DNA of 64,000 nt from Antedon mediterranea (GCF_964355755.1 NC_092672.1:37020437-37084436); one strand, 5' to 3'; positions 24,961-37,642 are shown, numbered from the stretch's first letter. The notes: generated by a model not told the origin, from the sequence alone. Translations and numbers: made by a program.

Positions 24961-25679
24961 TGAGAGAGGAAGTATTAATATTTTGTAAGATTTTCAAGTT
25001 TATACAACAATAATACGGTGTAGTAAATACATTAATATGAATTATTATTTTACTTGCTGTCTGAGGAATCTAAGTTAGCCTAGCTAGTAGTAGAGCGAGA
25101 AGGTAGTGACGTGTGAGAAAGGGGCGTAGGCCTAGCCTAGGCCTATATTAGTATTTAGCTAGCTAGCCTAGTAGGCCTAGCTAGATAGCTAGGCCTAGCT
25201 TAGCTAGCCAGTTTAGTGCCAGGCATACCTCTCTCTAGGCCTTGTAGCTGCCCTTGCTGGGATGGAGGACGTGGATTGGGCCTGAACAATGTTTTCAATG
25301 ATGAAGTAGAAGATACTCTAGGTAGGCCTAGGCCTAGAAGTATAGTTAGTATAGTCTAATAATGAGATTGTTTTATGCTAATAATTAATTTAATTGTGCT
25401 AGGATAGGAGGTCTTCCCTCCCTGACTGCCCTGCCTAAGTTATAATGTAATAATAAAAAAATGGTAACAAATAATATAGCTAGGCTACTAAATTAGTAGT
25501 ATGTAATTGTGTTACATTTTGTGTATATTAAAATATGTTTATAGGCCCCTACTAATTATAGGCCTAGGCCTTTTAAGTTAAGGCCTACCCTACCATGTTT
25601 TTTTAATTCTCATTATAACTTTTTAAATATTTATGATTGGTTGTTATTTTCACAGGTCATTGAAACAAACTATTGAATA

Positions 25680-28600
25680 ATGGCAGGAGAAACAAAGAAA
25701 AAGAAGGGATTTCATGTAGATGAGTCGGATCTAATGTGCAAGAAAGGATGTGGGTTCTACAGCAATCCAGCTTGGGGAGGATATTGCTCCAAATGTTACC
25801 GTGAGGTTTATCACAAAGCAAGGCAAGCCCAAATAGAAAGTGATGAAAAATTAGCAAGGAAGTGAGTATAACCTTTGTCCAAGCAGATTAATTAACATTA
25901 TGAGTGTCCCAAATGTGACTGCACCCACTATACTTAACTTAACGAATAATTTGACAACAAAATTTCAGTCAATAATAAATTATTAACAACCAGCTTAATA
26001 TTATTACTTGCAGTTTATTATTAATTCATGAAGTTGTTATACTGTAGCCTTGTAAATTAACACAGTACACAAAATTTATCACCCACTTTTATTAATTACA
26101 TGAGCAGTGGCTAAAGTGAAATATAGACGTAAGGTGTTATGCTAAGGGCATAATTAATAATATAATAAAATGAAATTAATAATACGGTAGGTATTTTGTT
26201 ATCATGGTAATGTCTGAACCATGTGACATATTTCATGGACATGAATGATGTCATTATCACTACCATACCTGGGCATCTACCATATTTGGGCATATCACTA
26301 CCATATTTGGGCATATCACTGCCATATTTGAACACATCACAAACTAGTTTGATTAATGATAGTGTAGACAGAGCTTAAGTTTACTACTGTATATTTGTTA
26401 ATTGTAGGTTGGACCAGGAAGAGAAACAAGCTCGAGTGGTAGAACAGAAACAGCCACAACCTGTGGTGCAAGCAAAACCATTTAGTAAATTTGAAGAAAA
26501 GAAGAGACAGCGAAACAACACAAAAACTAAAACAGTAAAAACGTTGTTTAAAAAATCGCCAACAAGTTCACCCAGTAATAAAGGTGGGTTATTTTATATT
26601 TAAAATTGAATTGAAACCTTTACTAAACTAAAGAGTTAACTATTTTTCAAAGCTAGTTTTTGAAATTTAAAATTACCAATTATGAGAAATCTAATATCAA
26701 ATTGCTAGTGTAAATTTTAAGCCCTGTGAATAAATTATCTAAAATGAATGGACTTATTTTACATAAAGGCCATTTATGAACAATTAACGTTTTCAAACTT
26801 ATTTTTTTAATGTTATGTATCTAAAGCTAGTTAGTCATAATGCCATCTCTTTCAGTTTTTAAAGTTGTGAAATATCACATGTTGCAACAACAGATACAGT
26901 GTTTGTAAGTTTAACAATTACCATTGTTTTCAGCATATTTATTGTGTAGCAGCTGGCAAACCAGTTTTAATTTCATTTCATTCAAGATATGATTGATAGC
27001 ACTACAGACTAAATTGTTTTGTTTATAAGGATTTTTTATTCACAAATGAAGTGGTGTTTGTTTGTATCAGGTGCTTACTAATGCCAAGTCACTGGTTCAA
27101 ATCGTAACTATGTCACCAGGATTTAATCTAAACCAAATATAAGATTAGTTTAAAGTGCATTTTATCCTTGTCAAATCAATTCTACGCTGGATAAGGCCAT
27201 TTTTTAAATCCACAAATGAAGTGGTGCTACTGTATGTTTGTTTGTACCGTGTGCTTACTATTGCCAAGTCATTGGTTCAAATCGTAACTATGTCACCAGG
27301 ATTTAATCTAAAAGCCAAATATGAGATTAGTATAATATGCATTTTATCCTTGTCAAATCAATTCTGCTGGTCTAAGTTGGATAAGCCCATTTTTTTTATT
27401 CACAAATGAAGTAGTACTGTGTTTGTATCAGGTGCTTACTAATACCAAGTCATTGGTTCAAATCCTGACAAAGTCACCAGGATGTAATCTAAGCCAAATA
27501 TGAGATTAGTTTAAAAAGCATGTTATCCTTATCAAGTACTTGCAAATAAATTGTGCTGGTCTGAGCTGGATAAATGCCAAACAATGAATATTTATTGTAA
27601 GGTCTTCTACATTTATTTTGGTTCTTCAGAAATATCACACTCAACCCTAGAACGTCAACTAAGCACAGAAAGTGAGAAGGCATTAAGTACATTTTCCGAG
27701 TTTTTGAAATTTATGAATAAGCCAGCAGCAAATGACATAGCAAAGCTGTGTAGGGGAGTCGTGGAGCGTATACATAAGTCTACAGATTTAACTACAGAGG
27801 AACAATCTGTATTGGTGCAGGATTTCTATCATAGTATTGAAGAAAAATTAGACATTAGTCCAACATTTAAAAGTAAGACATTAACATTGTTTCTCCCACG
27901 CTCTTTGTTCTCCTGTTTTCACACATACTGTAATTTACGATTTTCTTGAAATTTTCATTTCATTTATTTGTTCGACAACAATGTATGTGACTCAATGAAG
28001 TTCTCTCTTCTTCTCAGAAGTCACCGCTTAAAATTTACGAAGAATAATTTAAGTTGCTTATTTAAATATATTTTAATATCTAAAGCTCTGTCTACACCAT
28101 CAAACTAGTTTGACAAAAAAAGTGTGATGTGCCCAAATATGGTAGTGATATGACATCATCATGTCCATATATAGGTACATCACATTTTGTTGTCAACATA
28201 AAGTTTGATAGTGTAGACAGAGCTTTGTCCTTGCCAAGGACACAATTTTAGTATGATTTTAAAATGTTGTTGTATTGCAGATTGTACAGAAGAACAATGT
28301 GACAAGATACTAGATCATATAGAAAAGTTCATCATGACACAGTTGTACAGCCTGCTGTTCAGCCCGCCACTCACGGATGACGAACAGAAGGACCTTGCGA
28401 TACAGAATCGTATACGTAGATTGCGGTGGGTCTCTACCGACATGTTGGAAGCATTGATCGATGAAAGTAACGAAAATGTATGTAAAATGATGAATGAGGC
28501 AGAAACAGGTGAGGCAATTGGTTTTATTATTTTGTATTAATTCAGTTCATCTTTTATTGGTCTAATTATGGATGAGGCCATTAGGGATGATCTAAGACCT

Positions 28601-29804
28601 ACACATTGATAGATCATAGGTCACCGTCTGAACCTAACAACCACAAAAGCTGTGTCAAGAAATCGAGTGAGGAAGTATGATAGTAACTTCCTGAATTAGC
28701 ACATTGAATTAACTTGACCTACAGTAACTTATTTGTAAGTAAGATCATGACTATCAGGGATGTGACATAGTTTGTAATTGCTTCCATATTTGGTCATTGT
28801 TTACTTACAGATAACAGAAGTTTTTACATTTTTTTTTAGAATTAATAGAAATGAATTCTAAAAGAGCACCGTTGGACAAACTAAACTGTGTTGTAAACTG
28901 CAGTAAGCTAGTGTTTAAGATGTTACAAGCCACTAAGGGATCTCCAGTCAGTGCTGATGACTTTCTTCCAGTACTTATATACACCGTCCTTAAGGCCAAT
29001 CCTCCATGTCTGCATTCAAATGTACAGTATATAACACGCTTTGCCAATCCACAACGGATAATGAAAGGAGAACCTGGGTATTTTTTTACTAACTTGGTAA
29101 GTGGTGGTTACAATGATAATATGATGAAACATATTTCAGGTTTTTTGCTATGTACAGAAGATTATGTACAACTGTGATATTTTGCCTGTCAAAAAGATGA
29201 CAGTTTCAAGAACAATAAAGTTAGGAGAGGCAAGATTGCAATGTTTGTTTTCAGTTTACAGTCATTGTAAACTCTATCTTTATAGCCCTCCTATCTATAT
29301 ATACCATGACATTAAATATTTTATACCAGGGCAATAAAGTATTTGATACCAAGCCATTACATATTTTATACCAATTTTTTATTATTGTGATTCTTTGTTT
29401 TATTGTAGTGTTGTGCAATAACGTTTATAGAAAATTTGGATGCGCAGTCATTGTCAATTAGCCAAGACGACTACGATGAATACATGGCTGGGAAAAAACT
29501 CCCGCCTGGAACGGAAGAAAGTGAACCGATTTGTGAAGGACTTCAACTCATGTACACAAATCTGTCGACGTTAGAGGAGTTACGCCTCCGACAGAATCGA
29601 TTATTTGAAGACGCAAAATTGCTACAGAGAGAAATTAAAGAATGGAGGGAGAGTGTGACAAAGCAAGTAGAAGATGAACTGAAAAACAAACCACTTATTA
29701 AAGGCCCAACTGTATTACCTATGGATATTACTGCTAATTTAAATCAAGATCATTTTGCTTTGCTTCCAACACCCCTTCAACCTGAAGTGGTTGGATCCAA
29801 TTAA
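25680..29804 (+). CDS. RABGEF1: Rab5 GDP/GTP exchange factor (Rabex-5), 6 coding exons
   Basis: Exons 25680-25861, 26408-26583, 27630-27872, 28281-28508, 28840-29096, 29409-29804. A20 zinc finger [23 protein letters not shown]-like [20 protein letters not shown]9 motifs [28 protein letters not shown]-terminal [10 protein letters not shown]. Confidence 0.96.
26222..26377 (-). mobile_element. MITE family A copy (reverse orientation)
   Basis: atatcactaccatatttgggc repeats and TIR gatagtgtagacagagctt. Confidence 0.8.
27025..27577. repeat. Diverged tandem triplication, ~170-195-bp unit
   Basis: cacaaatgaagt..gtgcttacta.tgccaagtca.tggttcaaatc..gtcaccaggat.taatcta..ccaaatat.agattagt at ~27041, ~27211 and ~27401. 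Confidence 0.88.
28084..28224 (+). mobile_element. MITE family A, complete short copy (1 internal unit)
   Basis: Both TIRs present: agctctgtctacaccatcaaact / agtttgatagtgtagacagagct. Confidence 0.9.
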
Positions 29805-30270
29805 ATTGAATGTATGTAGATAGATATAGCAGCCCTAAATGGTATAGTCCAATAAGATGGATGACTTAACATATCAATTGCATAGTAATATTCCAGGTGA
29901 AGTATGTTTTGTAAATCTTTAGATTTTTTTATTTTTTAGAACAAAAACAACAGTTTTTAAAAAAATGTTTTCCTTTGTTATAAATTAATAATAATTATTA
30001 TGTGTAATAAATATTTGAAGTAATTGTAAAGTATATTATTATGAAACATATCTAACAACTCTAGTTTAAGTTATAATGTTAATGTTTTGTGTAATTAATT
30101 GTATCAATTACTGTATATATTTTTCTTGTTTAATTACCGTAATGATGATTTGTTTGTAAAATCTGAAATGGTAGATATTTAAGCAATTTTAAAATGGTGC
30201 AGAAAGGATTGAATTAAATATGTTGCAGTCGGCTTTACATTTACAAATAAGGATAATTAAAGCTTTTTAA

Positions 30271-30431
30271 AGCTCTGTTTACACTATCAAACGTTATGTG
30301 ACAAAAAAGTGTGATGTGTCCAATTATAGTAGTGATATGCTTAAATGTGGTAGTGATATGACATCATCATGTCCATATATGGGCACATCACATTTTGTTG
30401 TCACATAAAGTTTGATAGTGTAGACAGAGTT
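30271..30431 (+). mobile_element. MITE family A copy (2 internal units), probably in the RABGEF1 3'UTR
   Basis: Both TIRs and family body present. Confidence 0.88.
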
Positions 30432-31352
30432 TTAGAATGCTATCTTTATGCTTAGACAAAAGCAAACCTGGGTGGTATATGGAATTGTTGAAAGTTCAGC
30501 TACAACCAATAGTGGTTCTGAGAAGGTGGATGTGCTCTTAAGCCTAATTACAAATCTAGAAAACACAACTACTTACTGTAATAACTTTAGTCTGTAGAAT
30601 TCACCATGTATTTGCACTTTTGACTTTTGGCCTTTCATCCTTTGTATGAATATTGTTGTTTTCTGTCTTCCTTTGCTGTGCAATTTCATGTATTTACAGA
30701 CGTATCATTGTTAGAAATTAGAATTATAATAAATCAGTAATCACATATTGCAAGATTATTGTTAAGTACATTTTATATTGTCTTAATACAATCGTCAAAA
30801 ACCCCTTAAGCATGATTCATGAAAACTCTGTAAACTGTCTTCTTTCACTTAAGTTATTTTTTTTGGGTTTATCATCGACAATATTGTTGATAGATATGAT
30901 ATTGATAATTTCCACTAATTTTTCACATTATTTTAACTTGAATATTTATCTTTGATATTTATTATTATTCTTGATATCGTTATTTAAATAGATTTTTCTG
31001 CTTGGCAATGATTTTTTAAATTTAGGTTTCGTGCATTTTGTATAATGATTTTAAAACAATTAGAAAAGGAGTCAATCATATAATCTATTATTATTATCAT
31101 TATTGTTATTATTATTCTAACAGTTCAACTATTTATTGTGGTGATTATATCTCTATTTGTTGCCGTGTCTTCTACTTACTCTTCTTGAAATGTTTAATCT
31201 AATTATGTCAGTTGATACAATAAATTGTTATCTGACATATCACTATTTAAAGTATTTTTTTAATTGTGTACACAAATATTCATTTCTAGTAAGATACTAA
31301 GTACTGTAAAAATGTTGAAATCAGTCTTTGTATTCAGTAGTCATCAAAGTAG

Positions 31353-31572
31353 TGGAGCTGTAGCTTGGTGGTTAACAAGCTTGCCTTCCAATCCCAAGGT
31401 CCAGGGTTCAATCCTGACCAGTGCCAGGGTTGTAACTCACGAGACTCTTTCAACTCCACTCCCATAGGCTAATGAGACTTAGTTTATAAGCATGATAAAT
31501 TATAAAATAGTTCATCCAGTAATTGGCGAGTTACTCGCTGTTGGATGTGTAGGCCTATGAAATAAAAAAAAA
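31353..31572 (+). mobile_element. tRNA-derived SINE (Gly-TCC-like head)
   Basis: ggagctgtagcttggtggttaa (A box), gccttccaa loop, gggttcaatcct (B box); no proper acceptor stem; unrelated body ending in an A-rich tail. Confidence 0.6.
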
Positions 31573-31992
31573 TGATTGTCACAAATTTTATATCCGAAAA
31601 TCCTCTTCACAGTTTTTGAATTGCTGATACTGAATACAATTTTCTTGTCTCGTCACGCAATTGTTCCCATATTCCGCTATTCATTCTACTTTAGTATTTC
31701 CGCCAGGGTTGGATCCAGGATTTGTTAAACGGGAAGTGCTTACATAGTATTAATAAAAGTTAATAGTCTGTCAAAAACGGGAGGGAGCCCTAGCGATTGA
31801 ATCTTACTAATTTGTCTTTTACTCCATAATTTGTCCCAATATTCAAAACTCTTCATAATAATAGTAATCTTCATAATAAATTGGTCTTCCTCTTTTTTTT
31901 TTTCTTTTTATAAATAAGTAACATGTTGTTTAATAAATTCACATTCTATATTTTACAGACCAAAAAACGAAAATCCCCCACCCTTTCCCAGG

Positions 31993-32072
31993 AAACGCGT
32001 CGCGAATAGTTATCAGATAGCTCGTCGCGACGCGTTTATAATGAAAACAAAGCACCTTCAACGCATGCGTAG
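31993..32072. promoter_or_regulatory. UBE2G1 proximal promoter with CpG-rich inverted repeat
   Basis: aaacgcgtcgcga / tcgcgacgcgttt perfect 13-bp arms; NRF1-like acgcatgcgt at 32061-32070; ~150 bp upstream of the ATG. Confidence 0.5.
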
Positions 32073-32183
32073 TTGTTCATACGACGAAACCAGTCTCGGG
32101 CCGTGTGAATGGTAAAGAAGTAAATAGGATCCGACATACAAAGCAGGATTTTGGGGATCTTTTGGGTTGGTTATTCTGTAATA

Positions 32184-34750
32184 ATGAGCCAACCAGCAAA
32201 TGATAGAGCTACACTGTTACTTAAGAAACAGCTCTCAGGTAAATGTTATATTTTTATGAATTGTAGTAGTTGATAACGCTAATTATCGTTGTAGATGTAT
32301 TTCGTCACTCGGTGTGAGTCAACAATGACAATAGAAATGCTTTACCCGAGAAGGTATGTCCACAGCCGTGTGTGAATCTGAGAACTAAGGGCCTTTAACT
32401 ACGAATGTTCAGGCCTAGCTTTTCTTAAGTGTAAATCAGAAACTAGCTAGTTTATCCGGGTTTCATTATACTGATAGAACAATACATATAGCTAAATTCA
32501 TTATTTTCATAATTTAGCTTTCTTTCTTTTTATTTTGTTTGAATTATTGATAATCCTACCTACACTACTACTAGGCTAGGCCTAGGCTAGGCTAGTTAGA
32601 TGTCTAGAATTTGAGTTGAGACCTGACAAAGAGGTTGATGTCAAGTTCAATACTACAGGCTATTATTCTGTCTGTTTTAATTACTTTAAATAAAGTTATG
32701 ACTTACTTTTAGCCCACCTTTTATGGAATTCGCTATATGTTTTAAGTTACGGTAAAAAAATAGAATTTGTTTTTATTTCCAGAGTTATCAAGAAATCCTT
32801 CAGAAGGTTTTTCAGCTGGATTGGTTGATGATGAGAATTTATTTAAATGGGAGGTTATGATATTGGGTCCTCCAAATACATTCTAGTAAGTAAACCTGAT
32901 ATTAATTATTTACATTCAATTAAAGGTTTTTTAATTTATATAATCCATAGTACCTGTATGAATGTTAGCATTCTAAATCTAAACAAAAATTAATGTACAG
33001 TAGGAACAACATGAAAAAAAAGTAAATAAAAGAAATGATAAAATAAATATCTTTAAGAATGTACCTTTTCATATTTTGATTGCTTGCATTAATCATGGAT
33101 GTTATGAGAGCACAAAGAAAGTATGTTTCCTGGAATACACAGCAGTACAATAAATGATTCAAGTGTTTGTTTTATACCTTATTTACAGTGAAGGAGGAAT
33201 ATTTAAAGCATATCTAGACTTTCCATGTGAATATCCCAACAAACCTCCCAAAATGAAATTCATCTCAGATATATGGCATCCTAATAGTAAGTGAATTATC
33301 ATCATTGTTGTCATCATTGTCAAAATATTATAATTACTGTATGCAATCATAAATTATCATCTTAGTCATACTGTAGCCATCTACATCCTCAAGCCTGTCT
33401 ATGTTGTATATGTAAACATACTGTACATGCCAACATCTGAAGTTGAAAAAACGGGAATTTTTTTAGTCAACAGTGCCCTCTATTTATTATCGAGAGGTAA
33501 AGAGTACAGTGTGTGACGGCACAAGCGGGGAAATGTGAGGGGAATCCCCTTTCGAAAAAAATTATGGCTGCAGAAGATGATCGTAAAATGGCTTAAAAGT
33601 TAAATTTTATAAATGTGCTTGTGTGTAAACTGTTAGCCTTTTTGTTATAATTTAATGCAGAAAACCACACATATACATCAAAATTCAGTTATCTTTGTAA
33701 TCCGAGAGAATGTAAATAATACAAATTATATAACACCTATATAAATTCCTGTCATTTGATTGGACGAATGTGGGTCACATGGCGTGCAATAGTACGCACT
33801 ATTCAACGATCGTTAAATAGTACTTTTTGAAACATTTTTGTTTGTTATTTAGATGTTATATAAAACAAATAATGAATGTTTTGTATTCGTGTAATGGTAC
33901 AAATAATGGCACTTGGTGAATGATGAAAGGTTATATCAACTCGGCTTTGCCTCGTTGATATAACCTTTCATCATTCACCTCGTGCCATTAATTGTACCAT
34001 TGCACTCATAAACATTCATTATTTGTATATTATTCCTAATATGTTTTTTTATGCTTGTATCTCTCCTCATAGTTGGTAAAGACGGTTCTGTATGTATTTC
34101 TATTTTACACGAGCCTGGCGAAGACAAATATGGTTATGAACATGCTTCAGAAAGGTGGTTACCCGTTCACACTGTAGAATCAATCCTGGTCAGTGTCATC
34201 TCAATGCTGGCCACTCCTAATGATGAATCACCAGCAAATGTTGATGCTGCAGTAAGTATTGTAGATGCTGCAGTAAATAATGCATTGTCCATCCAAAAAC
34301 ATAACAAATAAAGAATTTTTTAATCTTCATCTTCATACTTTTGTAGGAAAAAAAATGAGTCAAAGCAATGATGTAGAGCAGCTTGTGTATATGTTTGTCT
34401 TGTGAACAGAATTGCCACCTTTAAGACGGATAGTGAATGAATTCGCCTATGGTTATCCTTGGCAATTTGCCTAAATATATAAAAACAAATAAATATTAAA
34501 AAATATATATATATATTGTCCAACACTGACAATTTGACTGTTTTTTGTTTGGAATTACAGTTTTTTTCAGGTAAATAATTAAATGGCATATTAAAATATC
34601 TTGAAAGTAGGCAATTATTATAAACACATGTTTTTCGTATAGCAACAATTTTTTTTTATATTTATACAGAAAGATTGGCGAAATGATTATCTTGGGCAGT
34701 TTAAAAAGAAAGTTAGACAATGTGTCAGAAAAACACAAGATGACTTATGA
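32184..34750 (+). CDS. UBE2G1: Ubiquitin-conjugating enzyme E2 G1, 5 coding exons
   Basis: Exons 32184-32238, 32783-32885, 33189-33286, 34073-34251, 34670-34750. Motifs [66 protein letters not shown]. Confidence 0.96.
33720..34027. mobile_element. Foldback-type non-autonomous element with an ~160-nt terminal hairpin
   Basis: Ends tacaaat/atttgta; long imperfect inverted repeat 33865-34026 centred on tcggctttgcctc. Confidence 0.7.
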
Positions 34751-34833
34751 ATTTTGGAAAGGTAAGAAAATAACATTTTTAATTAATTTGATGTTTCAAA
34801 ATCACACATTTTCTGGAGGAGTACCAATCCTAA

Positions 34834-34951
34834 AGCTCTGTCTACACTATCAAACATTATGTGATGTGCCCATATATACCATATTTAAGCATATCACTAC
34901 CATATTTGGGTACATTACACTTGTTTGTCACATAAACATTGATAGTGTAGA
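34834..34951 (-). mobile_element. MITE family A, degenerate copy
   Basis: agctctgtctacactatcaaac ... ttgatagtgtaga. Confidence 0.8.
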
Positions 34952-35200
34952 AAATTGAGAACAATTACGATATAAAGTTGTTGTACCATGCTTTGGGCAA
35001 TATTGATTTTTCTACATACATGATCTCAACTAGCTCTCTGTACAATTGTTATGGTAGCTATAGATATCTTGTTTGTAAAAGAATTGATTGAAGGTTGTTT
35101 TATTGTTCTTTAAACCTCCGAAATGCTTTAACTTTAATGTTGTTCCCTAACTTTACCTAAGAACTGAATATAAACAATCAAAGCCTTGCACTTGAATTGA

Positions 35201-35450
35201 ATAATCTAGGTGCTGTCATTTATTCAGGACCCTACAATCCTTTAAACATAATAATCTAGGTGCTGTCATTTATTCAGGACCCTACAATCCTTTAAACATA
35301 ATAATCTAGGTGCTGTCATTTATTCAGGACCCTACAATCCTTTAAACATAATAATCTAGGTGCTGTCATTTATTCAGGACCCTACAATCCTTTAAACATA
35401 ATAATCTAGGTGCTGTCATTTATTCAGGACCCTACAATCCTTTAAACATA
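35201..35450. repeat. Perfect minisatellite, 50-bp unit x5
   Basis: ataatctaggtgctgtcatttattcaggaccctacaatcctttaaacata five times with no visible mismatch. Confidence 0.97.
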
Positions 35451-35534
35451 AACTTAATTAATACTTTTTAAAATATATATTTATAAGTATTGTAAAAAAT
35501 ATTGTGAAAAGTTTGGTAATTTGTGTTATTTATA

Positions 35535-35695
35535 AGCTGTGTCTACACTATCCGACTAGTTTGAAAAAAAAGTGTGATGTGCCCAAATATGGTAGTAATA
35601 TACCCAAATTTGGTAGTGATATGACATCATCATGTCTATATATGGGCACATCACATTATTTTGTCGTCACATAATTTGATAGTGTAGACAGCGCT
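35535..35695 (+). mobile_element. MITE family A copy (2 internal units)
   Basis: Both TIRs and family body present. Confidence 0.85.
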
Positions 35696-36000
35696 TTAGG
35701 ATAGAACAATGAGAAGTTGATTTGGCCGTCACTGGTTAAATAACGTTTAATTGAATTGTGTTAAATTTTAGTTGAATTGTTTTTTTGCAGTGAAACTGGT
35801 GGGGTAATAATGTATATACAGCAGCAGGCATATTTAGCCAAGATAGCATGTTAGTGTGAGAGTTGGTCAGGTAATCTATTGCAGCATCTCACATGTTTCC
35901 AATGATCCAGTGGAAAAAACACATTCTTCCCTTAACCTTTTTTGTCTACAAAAATATTACTAAGAAAACAAGTGAAATCTCTCATTTTGAATGAACCAAC

Positions 36001-36070
36001 ATGTAAGGTATGACATATCCCGTATGTAAGGTATGACATATCCTGTATGTAAGGTATGACATATCCCGTA
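36001..36070. repeat. Tandem repeat, 23-bp unit x3
   Basis: atgtaaggtatgacatatcc(c/t)gt. Confidence 0.9.
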
Positions 36071-37642
36071 ACCCATTCTACTACGCTGGTAAACAATTAC
36101 AAGTTATATAAAAAATAAAAAAACCAAAATAATATTTGGGGTATGAAACAACAGAGAAAATACCATTAAAATACAAATGACTATAAAATTATAGATTTTT
36201 TTTTTACAATTTTCGTAATTTTGTTCATAGTACAATTGTTCTACCTTAATGTTAATTATAAATTATAGAAAGTTGCATACTAAATTACACATTTATTAGT
36301 TATTTCTGAATTTGTTCTACAGTGTTTTGAAAATGCTAAAAATCATTCAATTTCACTTGTTTTGATAAAACTGTCATCCGTCCGAAGCTGTGATAAATTA
36401 AATTTTACAAGATGACATTAATAACAGACACTATAAATATATAAATTTTACCTCTATGACTTATGATACAATAATAATACCGAAAATACTTTTATTTTGA
36501 ATGAGAGTTTATTGTGGTTCAGTAAAATATGTAATATTTTGATATAATATAACTTAACACTTTATAACTCCTTAAAATGTTAAACAAACAGTGATGTACG
36601 TGAAATTAGTTGATAACCTAATTATATGACTTGGAGAAATTTTTATAGGTATAAATGTATTTATGTATTTGAGAAATATTTATATTTATTATTTATGAAT
36701 ATATAAATACATTTGTATATTGTTTTTAACAGGTTTTCTGCGCATTAATTGCTGTAACTGATGTAAAATAAATTAACAATGTGCTAAGCATAGATCACAT
36801 TTTGTTATCTGATTTATAATAACAATTTTTGTTTATTTAGTTGGTTTTTTCTTATTTATAAATGATGTCTTGTGTTGTTTAGATAGAAAGCGAAAATATA
36901 AATAGAAAAAAAAAATTGCCATTTTTTAATTTAAGAGCTGTTTTGATTTCACGATTTAGTATTGCACAGGTGATTCTATGTATGCTCACATAAACATTAT
37001 ATAAGAGCATTAAATGACTTTTCTACTCTATCGTAATAGTAGTCGCGTGGCACATTGTGAAACTATTGCAAATATAAAGAGAATTTAAAATTTTGAAAAT
37101 GTATTAAAATGGCATAAAATAACTATTCTACGTCTTTTTTATATCGCACTGACGCATTCTGAAACTGGACAAAATAGTGTCTGTATTTAAAGGCTATATA
37201 CAAAGAACCTTTTAGAAAACATAGCCCTCTATCGATATCCGTAAATCGTAACATAGCTGCACCCCCTCTATTGATTGGGGGAGAGAAGGTAATAAAACAA
37301 TAAAGATGTAACAACATAATAGCGCCCTCTATTGATTGGGGGTAAATTATGAAAATGAATGTTTGATACAGGCGATAGTGGAATAGATGTTTTCGTCATA
37401 GAAACAATAAAATGTAACACAACATCAGAACGAATACAATGTTTGTTTTTCAATAATGCTGCCTTTATTTTAATACTAAACCATTGGTTTGAGTGAGCAA
37501 CATTCGATAGTCTTCATTTTATATTGTTGATCAAAATAAATAGATTTTCTTTTAATTTACGCCACGTGGTTGTCGTTAATTCACACTTAATTTGTGCTTG
37601 CCTACAGCAGTAGTCAAGTCTACCTAGTTTAGCAAGCCGGCA

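Noticed and set aside
28580-28640. C/D snoRNA in RABGEF1 intron 4 (gggatga...ctga with ttagg/cctaa ends)
   Set aside because: Box C is imperfect and overlaps the terminal stem; no convincing rRNA or snRNA complementarity.
31353-31425. tRNA-Gly gene; also tRNA-like sequence at 22372-22455 and 18222-18290
   Set aside because: Acceptor or anticodon stems do not pair properly and the sequences run on into SINE bodies or are degenerate.
34355-34480. H/ACA snoRNA or SECIS in UBE2G1 intron 4
   Set aside because: A hairpin aattgcca/tggcaatt exists but there is no ACA box or SECIS core geometry.
35201-35450. Regular repeat arrays (also 5547-5823, 37857-38024, 47486-47665) as possible CRISPR arrays
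   Set aside because: Units are head-to-tail with no unique spacers, there are no cas genes, and the context is eukaryotic.
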